Below, in pieces: positions 28,507 to 38,556 of a stretch of 64,000 nt of DNA. Numbering within the stretch: position 1 is the stretch's first letter; each line of letters opens with the position of its first letter. This DNA is from Thalassobaculaceae bacterium (GTDB lineage: Bacteria; Pseudomonadota; Alphaproteobacteria; Thalassobaculales; Thalassobaculaceae). The notes under the pieces were generated by a model. The model saw nothing but the letters and a program-made list of their open reading frames with translations. It made no database searches and was not told the origin of the DNA. Position numbers and translations under genes: made by a program. The stretch is from positions 1,408,616 through 1,472,615 of the forward strand of contig OZ245843.1 of NCBI GenBank assembly GCA_965228875.1, written 5' to 3'.

Positions 28507-29445
28507 ATGGAGATCCTGCTCGAGATCATCGTCCCGGTTTTCGGAATCGTCGCCCTCGGCTACGGCGCGGCGCGCAGCGGCCTGTTCCCGCAGGAGGCGA
28601 ACAAGGGTCTGTCGCGGTTCGTCTTCGACTACGCGATCCCGGCCATGCTGTTCCGCGCCATGGCGACGACGGAGCTGCCGGACACGATCCAGTGGGGCTA
28701 CCTGATCTCCTATTTCGGCGGCGGATACGTTGCCTGGATCGTCGGCACCGCGATCGGCCGCCTGGTCTTCAAGGGGCGCGGCGCGGAGCCCGCGATCGCC
28801 GGCATGACGGGTGCGTTCTCCAACACGGTCATGCTGGGCGTGCCGCTGGTTCTCACGACCTTCGGCGACGTGGCGACGCTACCGCTGTTCCTCATCATCG
28901 CCTTCCACTCCTGGCAGCTGCTGTCGGTCGTCACCATCCAGGCCGAGATCGGCATCGGCGCGCGCGAAGAGATGCGGCGGCTGCCGGTGAACGTCGCCGC
29001 CGGCCTGGTGCGGAACCCAATCATCATCGCCATGCTGAGCGGCGTGCTCTTCAACGTCCTCGGCTTCGAACTGCCGAAGGTCCTCGACACGCTGACCGGC
29101 ACGCTCGGGCGCGCCGCCCTGCCCTGCGCGGTGTTCGCCATGGGAGCGTCGGTCGCCGCCTACCGGGTCGCCGGCGCGGTCGGCGAGGCGACGGTCGGCA
29201 CCGTGCTGAAACTGACCCTGCATCCGCTGGCCGTCTGGGTGCTGGCGACCCATGTCTTTGCCGTCGAGCCGCTCTGGCGCGACGTCGCGGTGATCCTCGC
29301 CTCCCTGCCGGTCGGCGTGAACGTCTATCTGATGGCGCAGCGCTACCAGTCGGCGGTGGCGCAGTCGACGACGGCGATCCTTCTGTCCACGGGGCTGTCG
29401 GTCTTCACCGTCGCCGGGGTGCTCTGGCTGCTCGACGTCCGATAG
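28507..29445 (+). CDS. AEC family transporter
   Basis: Motifs FVFDYAIPAMLF, FSNTVMLGVPL, VRNPII and LPVGVNVYLMA. Confidence 0.9.
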   Translation: MEILLEIIVPVFGIVALGYGAARSGLFPQEANKGLSRFVFDYAIPAMLFRAMATTELPDTIQWGYLISYFGGGYVAWIVGTAIGRLVFKGRGAEPAIAGMTGAFSNTVMLGVPLVLTTFGDVATLPLFLIIAFHSWQLLSVVTIQAEIGIGAREEMRRLPVNVAAGLVRNPIIIAMLSGVLFNVLGFELPKVLDTLTGTLGRAALPCAVFAMGASVAAYRVAGAVGEATVGTVLKLTLHPLAVWVLATHVFAVEPLWRDVAVILASLPVGVNVYLMAQRYQSAVAQSTTAILLSTGLSVFTVAGVLWLLDVR

Positions 29446-29514
29446 GCGAAGGCCCCTTGAAATTCGGGGCCGCCGGCGCATTGTGAGCCTCACACGATCC
29501 CGAGGGAGGCCGCC

Positions 29515-30321
29515 GTGGCGACGCCGCAAGACGCCGATACCGACACCCTGCCGATCCTGCTTCGCGAGGACCGCGACGGCGTGGCGACGCTGACCCTGAA
29601 CCGCCCCCGGCAGCGCAACGCCCTGTCGCGCGAGCTGATGTCGGAACTGCAGCGCGCGCTTGCGGCGATCGCCGACGACCGATCGGTCAAGGTCGTGGTC
29701 CTGGCGGCCGCCGGCCCCGCGTTCTGCGCCGGCCACGATCTCAAGGAGGTGCGCGGCAACGACGGCGAGCCGTTCTTCAGGGCACTGTTCGAGCAGTGCT
29801 CGGACCTGATGATGGCGATCAACCGCCTGCCGCAGATCGTCATCGCCCGAGTTCACGCCATGGCCACCGCCGCCGGATGCCAGCTGGTCGCCGCCTGCGA
29901 TCTCGCCGTCGCCGCCGATACCGCCAGGTTCGCCACGCCGGGCGTCAATATCGGCCTGTTCTGCTCGACCCCGATGGTCGCGATCAGCCGCAACATCGGC
30001 CGCAAGAAGATGATGGAGATGCTGGTGACCGGCGCGCCGCTCGACGCCGCAACGGCGGAGGCCGCCGGCCTCGTCAACCGCGTGGTGCCGGCCGAGGATC
30101 TGGACGCGGCGGTCGAGGCGCTGACGTCGACCATCGCGTCCAAGTCTCCGCTGACGCTCACCATCGGCAAGGAGGCGTTCTACCGCCAGCTCGAGCAGCC
30201 GATGGAGGATGCCTACGCCTATGCCAGCGCGGTCATGACCCGCAACATGCTGGCCCATGATGCCCGCGAGGGCATCGACGCCTTCATCGAGAAACGCACA
30301 CCCGAATGGAAGGGGGAGTAA
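29515..30321 (+). CDS. Enoyl-CoA hydratase family protein
   Basis: Motifs LNRPRQRNALS, AFCAGHDLKE, AAGCQLVAACD and FATPGVNIGLFC. Confidence 0.92.
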   Translation: MATPQDADTDTLPILLREDRDGVATLTLNRPRQRNALSRELMSELQRALAAIADDRSVKVVVLAAAGPAFCAGHDLKEVRGNDGEPFFRALFEQCSDLMMAINRLPQIVIARVHAMATAAGCQLVAACDLAVAADTARFATPGVNIGLFCSTPMVAISRNIGRKKMMEMLVTGAPLDAATAEAAGLVNRVVPAEDLDAAVEALTSTIASKSPLTLTIGKEAFYRQLEQPMEDAYAYASAVMTRNMLAHDAREGIDAFIEKRTPEWKGE

Positions 30322-30325
30322 CCCC

Positions 30326-32149
30326 ATGGCCGAGATCGATCCCAAACGCCCAGACCTCGTCTACGACGACGACCTGATCCGCGACGTGCTGCGCGAGGTC
30401 AGGACCATCGCCATGGTCGGCGCGTCGGACAACTGGAACCGGCCGTCCTACTTCGCGATGAAGTACCTTCAGCAGAAGGGCTATCGGGTCTATCCGGTGA
30501 ACCCGAAGGTGGCGGCGGCCGGCGGCGAGATCCTCGGCGAGACCGTCTATGCCGACCTGTCGGAACTACCGGAGACGGTGGACATGGTCGACATCTTCCG
30601 CAATTCCGAGGCAGCGGGGCCGATCACCGACGCCGCCATCGACCACGGCGCGAAGGTGGTGTGGATGCAACTCGGCGTCCGCCACGACGACGCGGCCAGG
30701 CGCGCCGAGGACGCCGGCCTCACCGTGATCATGGACCGCTGTCCGAAGATCGAGTTCTCCCGGCTGTTCGGCGAACTCGGCTGGCACGGCTTCAACAGCC
30801 GGGTCATCTCGGCCAAGCGCCGGATTCCGGGCCGGGCCGACAGGGTGTCGAAGCAGGACGACGTCGGCGACGGGTTCCTGCCCAAGGGGTTCGAGACCAT
30901 GGCGGTGCATTCCGGCGCGGCACCGGATCCGACCACCGGCGCCCGCGGCACGCCGATCTACCAGACCACCGCCTACGTCTTCGACGATTCCGACCACGCG
31001 GCCTCGCTGTTCAACCTGCAGACCTTCGGCAACATCTACTCGCGTCTCTCCAACCCGACGACGGCGGTGCTGGAGGAGCGGATCGCCGCCCTCGAAGGCG
31101 GGCGCGGTACGACCTGCAGCGCGTCGGGACATTCCGCGCAGATGCTCGCCCTCTTCGCGCTCATGGGACCGGGCGACCGCTTCGTCGCCGCCCGGCGATT
31201 GTATGGCGGGTCGATCACCCAGTTCGGCCGCACGTTCCAGAAGTTCGACTGGCATTGCGACTTCGTCGACACCGAGGATCTCGACGCGGTCCGGGCCGCC
31301 GCCATGCAGGACCGGTGCAAAGCGATCTTTGTCGAGTCCCTGGCCAATCCCGGAGGGGTTATCACCGACATCGCCGCGCTGGCCCGCATCGCCGAGGAGG
31401 CGGGCGTTCCACTGATCGTCGACAACACCATGGCGACGCCGTACCTGTGCCGGCCGATCGAGCATGGCGCCAGCCTGGTCGTGCACTCGACCACCAAGTT
31501 CCTGTCGGGCCACGGCAACGCCATGGGCGGAGCGGTGGTCGACAGCGGGACCTTCGACTGGTCGCGGAACGACAAGTTCCCGTCCCTCTCCCAGCCGGAG
31601 CCGGCCTATCACGGCCTCACCTTCTACGAGACCTTCGGCGACCTCGCGTTCACCACTTACGGCCATGCGGTCGGTCTGCGCGATCTCGGGCCGACCATGG
31701 CGCCGATGAACGCCTATCTGACCATCACCGGCATCGAGACCCTGGCCCTGCGGATGGAGCGCCATGTGCAGAACGCCCAGACCGTCGCCGAATGGCTGCA
31801 GGCGCACGACAAGGTCGCCTGGGTCAGCTATGCCGGACTGGAAGGCAATGAATACAAGCAGCTGGCCGACCGCTACCTGCCGAAGGGCGCTGGTTCGGTC
31901 TTCACCTTCGGGGTGAAGGGCGGTTACGAGTCCGGGGTCCGGGTCGTCGAACGCTGCCGCCTGCTGTCGCATCTGGCCAATATCGGCGACACCCGGTCGC
32001 TGATTCTGCACCCGGCCAGCACCACCCATCGCCAGCTCACAGAGGACCAGCGCACGGCCGCCGGCGCCGGCGACGACGTGATCCGGCTCTCCGTCGGTCT
32101 CGAGACCGCCGAGGACATCATCGCCGACCTGGAGCGCGCGCTTGGCTGA
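30326..32149 (+). CDS. CoA-binding domain / O-acetylhomoserine aminocarboxypropyltransferase (MetY-like) fusion
   Basis: N-terminal IAMVGAS...YPVNP...VWMQLG...MDRCPK (CoA_binding_2). C-terminal TPIYQTT, YSRLSNPT, HSTTKFL (PLP Lys) and ANIGD. Single open frame. Confidence 0.9.
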   Translation: MAEIDPKRPDLVYDDDLIRDVLREVRTIAMVGASDNWNRPSYFAMKYLQQKGYRVYPVNPKVAAAGGEILGETVYADLSELPETVDMVDIFRNSEAAGPITDAAIDHGAKVVWMQLGVRHDDAARRAEDAGLTVIMDRCPKIEFSRLFGELGWHGFNSRVISAKRRIPGRADRVSKQDDVGDGFLPKGFETMAVHSGAAPDPTTGARGTPIYQTTAYVFDDSDHAASLFNLQTFGNIYSRLSNPTTAVLEERIAALEGGRGTTCSASGHSAQMLALFALMGPGDRFVAARRLYGGSITQFGRTFQKFDWHCDFVDTEDLDAVRAAAMQDRCKAIFVESLANPGGVITDIAALARIAEEAGVPLIVDNTMATPYLCRPIEHGASLVVHSTTKFLSGHGNAMGGAVVDSGTFDWSRNDKFPSLSQPEPAYHGLTFYETFGDLAFTTYGHAVGLRDLGPTMAPMNAYLTITGIETLALRMERHVQNAQTVAEWLQAHDKVAWVSYAGLEGNEYKQLADRYLPKGAGSVFTFGVKGGYESGVRVVERCRLLSHLANIGDTRSLILHPASTTHRQLTEDQRTAAGAGDDVIRLSVGLETAEDIIADLERALG

Positions 32150-34937
32150 CCCCACCGCAGTCGTAGAGACGGCGGAGACGAAACCAGCCACGGAGAATGC
32201 CGCGCGCCCTTTGGCCGGCCCCCGGTCCTTCGCCCGTGCTCCGTTCTTCCACCTGGTCTTCGCCCACGCGGCCCAGTCTGCCGACATCACCGTGCTCGAG
32301 GGTCTGCTGAAGAGCGCGCTGCGCCGCGAGCCGGCCTTCCCGACCTATATCCTGGAGGCCGCCGCCCGACGCTTCGCCGCCCTTGGGGACCTTCCCCGCA
32401 CCGTGCGTGCGTTGCGCGCCGCCGCCGTCATCGAACCACGACAGAGCGCGGCGATCGCCAGTCTGGCCGCACTGGCCGAGCGGGCCGGGCGACCGGTATC
32501 GCCGCTTTGGTCCGCAGCATGCCGGATCCTGCTGGCCGGCGGGCCGATCCATCTGTCCGGTGTCCTGACCGAGGTCGCCGATGCGACCTTCGAGACGGAA
32601 TCCTACCTCACGATCCTCAAGACGCTTGCCCAGACCGTCGCGCCGGACACATACCTCGAGATCGGCATCGGTCCCGGCTGGTCGCAGGAGTGCTTTCGCG
32701 GGACACCGCGGACGATCGGCATTGATCCCGCGCCGAAGGCCGACCTGACGGCGTTCCCCGATCTGGAGTTCTTCCACGGGACCAGCGACGCGTATTTCGC
32801 CTCCCTCGAAGGCCGGGAAGACCGCCCCCGGGCGGACGTGATCTTCATCGACGGGCTTCATGAAAGCGATCAGGTCCTGCGCGACTTCGTGAACGCCGAG
32901 ACCGTCGCCAGTCCCGGCGCCCTCGTCATCCTGCACGACGTGATCCCGCTCGATCCGCTGTCGGCGGCGAAGGACCGCAAGATCCTGTTCTGGGCCGGCG
33001 ATTGCTGGCGCGCCCTGCATTTCCTCGCCAACCACCGCCCCGACCTCGACATCGCCGTGATCCCGGCGGCGCCGTCGGGCCTTGCGGTCATCCGCCTGCC
33101 CGAGCGGCCGCTACCCGAGGCCGAACGCCCGTCCCTGGACGGTTTCGACGCCTATGCCGAACGCCTCGACCTGAACCGGGATCTGGGCCCCATGCTCCTG
33201 GGATTCACCTGGCTGAAGGGCGATGCCGCCGGCCTGCGAGCCTTCGCGGCGGGCGAGTACGAGGCCCGGGGTGGATCGGGCCCGTTCGAAGCGACCGCCG
33301 ACGATGCCCTGATGGTGTCCGCCGCCGGCACGCCGCATCGCCACCCGGATCGCCCCATGGATCCTCTGACCCGTCTGCGCCTGCGTCTGATCTGGGACCC
33401 GGCCAGCCGGATCGATACGGACGGACCGCCGCTGCTCGGCCTCACCGCGCTGACGGCGCAGACCGGAAGCCAGCTCTATCGAATTCTGATGCGCGGGCGT
33501 TGCGTGCAACCGACGGACACCAACCTGTCGACGATGGCGGGACTGATACTCGACACGTTCCACGACGCCGGGCGCTTCGATCTCCTGACCGAACTGAAGT
33601 GGGGCAGGCTTCTCGCCAACCCTCTGGACCGGACGGCGCTGTTGGACGCGAGGTTGCGGACAGCCTTCGCGAACCTTGTCCGCACGAGCGGCGAGCCTCT
33701 GGATGCCGCGGTTCGAAGGGCGATGGACCGGATCGGCGAGAGGATTGAAAGCATCGCGCGTGCCTGCGGGACGACGCCGGCCGTGGTTCGACGCCTGGCG
33801 CACGGCACGGCCGCCGCCCTCCTCTTCGCCGACACCGAGGGCGCGATGGAGGCGGCCGACGGTTTAGAGGCCTGGACGGCGCATACCGACTCCCGTGGCG
33901 CATCAGATGGCGCCGCATACAATCGGATCGGCTACTTCAGCGGCCGGCCTGTGCCCGACGCGCGCGTGACACGGCGGCCTTTCGTCGACCGGACAACGCT
34001 GAGCACCTCGCACAACAGCGTCCGGGTCGCCACGCTGCCCCGAGGTTTCATCACCGAAGGCATGCTCGCCGGAAGTCGGGATTCAGGCCTGCTTCTGGGC
34101 GACTTCCTCGGTTTCGCCCGCGACCGCCGGCCGCTTGCCGATCCCTCGTTGCGGCGCGATGTCGCCGGACTTGTTTCGCTCTCCCCCGATCGGGCGGTCA
34201 TCCATGCCGCCAAACGCGAGGTCCCCGTCGCCGGCGTGGCCATTCCGGGACTCAACAGCGAAGCATGCAAGGTCTTCGGCCATTTCATCCTGGAGTCGCT
34301 CGGACGCACGCTGGCGGCACGAGAGAACTGCGGCGACATGGCGCCGACCCTGGTGCTGCCGAAGGATATTCCCGACTTCGTCGAGCCGATCTACCAGCTT
34401 TTCGGCTTCGAGTCGTTCGTCCACCTGGAACCTGGGGATCGGGCCGTCGCCGACCGCGTCTGTCTGGCGGATACCTCCGAGGAGGCGCTGGCCAATTTCG
34501 CGCTTTACGACATCGTTCGAGACGCTGCCTCGACCCTGGCCGGCCCGACCGGCCCCGCACGGATCTATCTGTCGCGCCGGGGACTGACCCGGCGGGACAG
34601 GTACGAGATCAACGAGACGGAGGTCGAAGCACGCCTCGCCCGAGCCGGTTTCACGATCGTCCGTCCGGAAACGCTTCCTTTCGTCGAGCAGATCGGATTG
34701 TACCGGGGCGCGGAGGTCATCGCCTCGCCCTACGGCTCCGCCCTTCATGTCGCCGCCCTGTTCGCCAAGCCCGGCACCCGCATCGTCGAGGCCGTTACCC
34801 GGCGGAGTGCCCGCGACCTCGTCACCTTCCATCAGGCCTTAGGCCACGACTACCGGCCGGTGCCCGCACGGTTCGTGGACCCCGCGGGCCAAGGGTTCGA
34901 ACTGGACGTCGACGGCGTCGAAACGGCCACCCGATAG
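32142..34937 (+). CDS. Multidomain protein: class I SAM methyltransferase plus glycosyltransferase 61 (DUF563) domain
   Basis: Methyltransf_24-like YLEIGIG, IFIDGLH and ILHD. GT61-like FGHFILE, IYLSRR, PETLPFVEQI and YGSALH. TTG start overlaps the upstream stop. Confidence 0.75.
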   Translation: MADPTAVVETAETKPATENAARPLAGPRSFARAPFFHLVFAHAAQSADITVLEGLLKSALRREPAFPTYILEAAARRFAALGDLPRTVRALRAAAVIEPRQSAAIASLAALAERAGRPVSPLWSAACRILLAGGPIHLSGVLTEVADATFETESYLTILKTLAQTVAPDTYLEIGIGPGWSQECFRGTPRTIGIDPAPKADLTAFPDLEFFHGTSDAYFASLEGREDRPRADVIFIDGLHESDQVLRDFVNAETVASPGALVILHDVIPLDPLSAAKDRKILFWAGDCWRALHFLANHRPDLDIAVIPAAPSGLAVIRLPERPLPEAERPSLDGFDAYAERLDLNRDLGPMLLGFTWLKGDAAGLRAFAAGEYEARGGSGPFEATADDALMVSAAGTPHRHPDRPMDPLTRLRLRLIWDPASRIDTDGPPLLGLTALTAQTGSQLYRILMRGRCVQPTDTNLSTMAGLILDTFHDAGRFDLLTELKWGRLLANPLDRTALLDARLRTAFANLVRTSGEPLDAAVRRAMDRIGERIESIARACGTTPAVVRRLAHGTAAALLFADTEGAMEAADGLEAWTAHTDSRGASDGAAYNRIGYFSGRPVPDARVTRRPFVDRTTLSTSHNSVRVATLPRGFITEGMLAGSRDSGLLLGDFLGFARDRRPLADPSLRRDVAGLVSLSPDRAVIHAAKREVPVAGVAIPGLNSEACKVFGHFILESLGRTLAARENCGDMAPTLVLPKDIPDFVEPIYQLFGFESFVHLEPGDRAVADRVCLADTSEEALANFALYDIVRDAASTLAGPTGPARIYLSRRGLTRRDRYEINETEVEARLARAGFTIVRPETLPFVEQIGLYRGAEVIASPYGSALHVAALFAKPGTRIVEAVTRRSARDLVTFHQALGHDYRPVPARFVDPAGQGFELDVDGVETATR

Positions 34938-34962
34938 GCCGCAAACCGACGCGATCCGCACG

Positions 34963-36417
34963 CTACGCGTAGCCCGGCGGCGGGGTGAAGCCGCCGAGTT
35001 CACGCTCCATCATCTTGGCGAAGGCGATCGCGCGCTTGTCGTGGCCGTGCGGTGCGACGATCTGCAGCCCGACCGGCAGGCCGTCGCTGGCCAGCCCGAC
35101 CGGCGCCACGGTGCTCGGCAGATGGAACGCGCCGGTGTAGCCCGCCCAGAACAGCTGATCGGTGACCGGCACCGACTTGTTGTTCACGATGATCTTCCGG
35201 TTCACGCGCTCGCCCTCCTGATCGTGGGGGAAGGCCGTGGTCGATGCGACCGGGCACAGCAGCAGGTCGACGTCGTCGAACAGCGCCTGCCACTCCTCGC
35301 GCATCTGCGTGCGCCGGTTGTTCAGCTTGAGCCAGTCGCGGTGCAGCATCGTGTTTCCGCGCGCCGCTTCGACGACGTAGCTCTCATCGTCCTCGCCGGC
35401 CTCGGCCAGCAACGCCCGCTGGCGCTCCATCTCGGCGTCGGACACCCGCCCGGACGTCGCCGCCCGCAGCAGCCGGACATAGAGCTGGTGCGCCTCGCGG
35501 GTGTCGAACGCCGGTTTGGCGCCGGTGACGACGGTCATGCCTTTGGCAGCCAAGGTGTCGATCGCGCGCTGCAATGCGTCCGTGAGCACCGTGTCCTGGT
35601 CGACGTTCTGGTCCTCCAGCACCACGGCGACGCGGAAGTCGCCCGGCGCACGCTGCGTGGCCGCCGGCAGATCGAGGCGCCAGCATGCGGCGTCCAGCCC
35701 GTGCGGTCCCGCCATGATATCGAGCGCGATCTCCAGGTCCTCGGCCGAGCGGGCCAGGGGACCGATGACCGAGATGTCGGCCGGTGCGACAACACCCGGC
35801 AGGGCATGGCCGCGCGGCGGCAGGATTCCCCAGGTCGGCTTGTGACCGTACACCCCGCAGTAGTGCGCCGGATTGCGGATCGACGCGCCGATGTCCGAGC
35901 CCGCCTCGAGCCCGGTCAGGCCGGCCGCCAGGGCGGCGGCGGACCCGCCAGAGGAACCGCCCGGGGTCCGGCTCAGATCCCAGGGGTTGTTCGTACTGCC
36001 GTAGACCGGGTTGTAGCTCTGCCAGTCGGCGAGCATCACCGGGACGTTGGTCTTTCCGAAGACGACAGCGCCAGCCGCCTTCAGCCGCGCAACCGGGACG
36101 CTGTCGACCGCGGCGACGTTGTCGCGCAGTTCCTCAAGCCCCCAGGTGGTGACCATTCCGGCGGCATCGTAGCTTTCCTTGAAGGTCATGGGCACGCCGT
36201 GCAGCGGGCCGGAAATCTCTCCCCGGGCCACCGCCGCATCGGCGGCGTCCGCCGCGGCGCGCGCGCCATCGAGATCGGTCGCGATGATCGCGTTCAGGGC
36301 CGGATTGAAGCGTTCGGTCCTCTCGATATACAGCTCCAGAACCTCGCGGGAGCGGATCTCCCCGGACCTGATCCTGGCGGCGAGATCGTGCGCGGACGCG
36401 AAGGCTATGTCGGACAT
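34963..36417 (-). CDS. Amidase signature family protein
   Basis: Motifs GVPMTFKE, GKTNVP, TPGGSSGGSAAA and GSDIGASIRNPA. ATG at 36417. Confidence 0.93.
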   Translation of the reverse strand: MSDIAFASAHDLAARIRSGEIRSREVLELYIERTERFNPALNAIIATDLDGARAAADAADAAVARGEISGPLHGVPMTFKESYDAAGMVTTWGLEELRDNVAAVDSVPVARLKAAGAVVFGKTNVPVMLADWQSYNPVYGSTNNPWDLSRTPGGSSGGSAAALAAGLTGLEAGSDIGASIRNPAHYCGVYGHKPTWGILPPRGHALPGVVAPADISVIGPLARSAEDLEIALDIMAGPHGLDAACWRLDLPAATQRAPGDFRVAVVLEDQNVDQDTVLTDALQRAIDTLAAKGMTVVTGAKPAFDTREAHQLYVRLLRAATSGRVSDAEMERQRALLAEAGEDDESYVVEAARGNTMLHRDWLKLNNRRTQMREEWQALFDDVDLLLCPVASTTAFPHDQEGERVNRKIIVNNKSVPVTDQLFWAGYTGAFHLPSTVAPVGLASDGLPVGLQIVAPHGHDKRAIAFAKMMERELGGFTPPPGYA

Positions 36418-36681
36418 GGCGGACTCCGGGGGCGATGACGGGACGGTCGGATACATGCTCGACGCCGACCAAAAGGCGGGGTCGGCGCCGATCAACAGGC
36501 AGGATCGTAAGCCTGACCGAGACCCGTTCCGCGATCAACTCATCGTATTCATAAGTCTTTCGAAAAATGCCGAAAAAATTATAGGGTGTATAATACAGGA
36601 AAATACTCAGTTGACGGGCGATATCGACATACCATTTTATGTACAGGCACGGCGAAAAACCACTGGCACGGACACAAACTC

Positions 36682-37152
36682 ATGGATGGGGAACAAGGCC
36701 GGCCTATCGAACTACAATTGAATGCGTCAGCACATATCGCTGCATACGCCTACTGGCGTGCGCGTAAACCCAGCCTCGCGCTGCTCCCGTCGCGCCGAGA
36801 CCTGGATCCGGTGGACATGCCGCGCAGCCTACTGCCGTGGATCAACCTCATAGAAGTCCATCGAGACAACGGCGCGTTGCGCTACCGCCACCGCCTCGTC
36901 GGTACCGGGATCGTGGACATGCGCAACCGGGACGGCACCGGTTTCTGGTTCGACGATCTGTACGACGACACCCGCATCCTGCGAGTCCGCCGGGTCCTCG
37001 ATCTGGTGGTCGAGGACGGTCATCCGCGCATCCTGGAAGACGACCTCGGCAACACAGGTCGGTCGTACCGCATCCTGCACTCGCTCGTCCTGCCGCTCGC
37101 CTCGGATGGCGAGACCGTGGATATGCTGATGGCGGTCGCCTACTACGAGTGA
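36682..37152 (+). CDS. PAS domain-containing protein (PAS_5/DUF1457-like)
   Basis: Motifs AYAYWR, LPSRRDLDPVDMP, YRHRLVGTGI and LVLPLASDG. Confidence 0.8.
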   Translation: MDGEQGRPIELQLNASAHIAAYAYWRARKPSLALLPSRRDLDPVDMPRSLLPWINLIEVHRDNGALRYRHRLVGTGIVDMRNRDGTGFWFDDLYDDTRILRVRRVLDLVVEDGHPRILEDDLGNTGRSYRILHSLVLPLASDGETVDMLMAVAYYE

Positions 37153-38372
37153 CGCGCCCTGCGCGCCGAAAGCTCCGGCACCACCCAGAACAGGACGAGC
37201 GATGCGAGAATGAAGCCGCTCGATGCGACGAAGCCGGCCTCGTAGCCGCCGGTCGTGTCGTGAAGCACGCCGGCCAACCAGGTTCCCAGGGCGGCGCCGA
37301 GCCCCTGTCCCGTCGTGATCGTCCCGTAGATCGCGCCGATGCCGCGTCCGGCGAACAGTGTGGTGGACAGGGTCGAGATGATCGGCCCGCGCGCGCCCAT
37401 CGAACTGCCGAAGAACAGGACGAAGACGACGACAAGGACGAAGGCGGGATGCGCCTGGATCAGGAATAGGGCCAGGATCCCGACCAGCGTGCTCAGATAG
37501 CTGACCGTTGCCGTCACCCGGTTGCCGAAGCGGTCGGCCGCCGTACCGGTCACCAGCATGCCGACGATCGACAGCATCCCGGCGAAGCCGAAGGCGCCGG
37601 CCGCCTCGATCGGGGGAAAGCCGCGCTCGACCAGATAGGCCACGGTCTGCAGGCTGACACCGTAAACGGCGACGGCCGTGGCGAAGAACACCGCGAACAG
37701 CGCCCAGAACGGCCGCGATCGGATGGCCTGCCCGAGACCTTCCGTGCGGACGCGGCCGGCCGCCGGGCGGCCTGCGACGATGCCCGTCGTGATCCGGCGC
37801 CACGGCAGCAGGGCAACGGGCAGGGCCAGGGCCAGCACGGTACCGCCGATCAACGCATAGCCCCCGCGCCACCCGACATCCTGGACCAGGATCTGGGCGA
37901 GCGGCGCCAGGGCGAGCGTTCCCGTCCCGAGCCCGGCCGAGGCGATGGCCATGGCCGTCGCCAGCCGGGCGTCGAACCACCGGCTGATCAGGATCGACCC
38001 CGGAATCATTCCGAGCGAGGCGATGCCGAGCCCGCCGAACACGCCGACGCACAGCGTCAACTGCCAGAGCGCCTCCATCCGTCCGGCGAGCCAGAACCCA
38101 CCGCCGAGCGAGATCAGCCCAAAGACGTAGAGCGCCCGCCCGCCGAACCGGTCGAACGCCAGACCGACGAAGGGTGAGGCCAGGCCGTTGGCCAGCATGT
38201 AGACCGAGTAGACCGAGGTCAGCGACGCCCGCTCCCAGCCGGTCTCCGCCCCGATCGGCAGCAGGAAGACGGCATAGGTCTCGCCGGCGCCGCGGGCCAG
38301 CGCGTTCAGCAGGAAGCAGAGAGCGAGCACGCCGAGGGCGGCCCAACCGGTCGGGGAGGTTCTGGCTGGCAT
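37143..38372 (-). CDS. MFS transporter
   Basis: About 12 hydrophobic helices with A-motifs GLAFDRFGGR and GTAADRFGNR. ATG at 38372. Confidence 0.9.
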   Translation of the reverse strand: MPARTSPTGWAALGVLALCFLLNALARGAGETYAVFLLPIGAETGWERASLTSVYSVYMLANGLASPFVGLAFDRFGGRALYVFGLISLGGGFWLAGRMEALWQLTLCVGVFGGLGIASLGMIPGSILISRWFDARLATAMAIASAGLGTGTLALAPLAQILVQDVGWRGGYALIGGTVLALALPVALLPWRRITTGIVAGRPAAGRVRTEGLGQAIRSRPFWALFAVFFATAVAVYGVSLQTVAYLVERGFPPIEAAGAFGFAGMLSIVGMLVTGTAADRFGNRVTATVSYLSTLVGILALFLIQAHPAFVLVVVFVLFFGSSMGARGPIISTLSTTLFAGRGIGAIYGTITTGQGLGAALGTWLAGVLHDTTGGYEAGFVASSGFILASLVLFWVVPELSARRARHS

Positions 38373-38556
38373 GGCCGAAGTGTACGGCGCCTGTCCCGAC
38401 CTGGGAAAGCCATGGTGTCGTCGCCGGGCCAACGGGAGACGCACTCTCCGGTCATCGTCCTCGGACGGATCACGACACTCCTGCCGGTCATGCGGTTGGC
38501 AAGCGCCTCCCGACGCTCCACCATGGCGACGATTGTCACCCGGACCCGTTCGCGCC

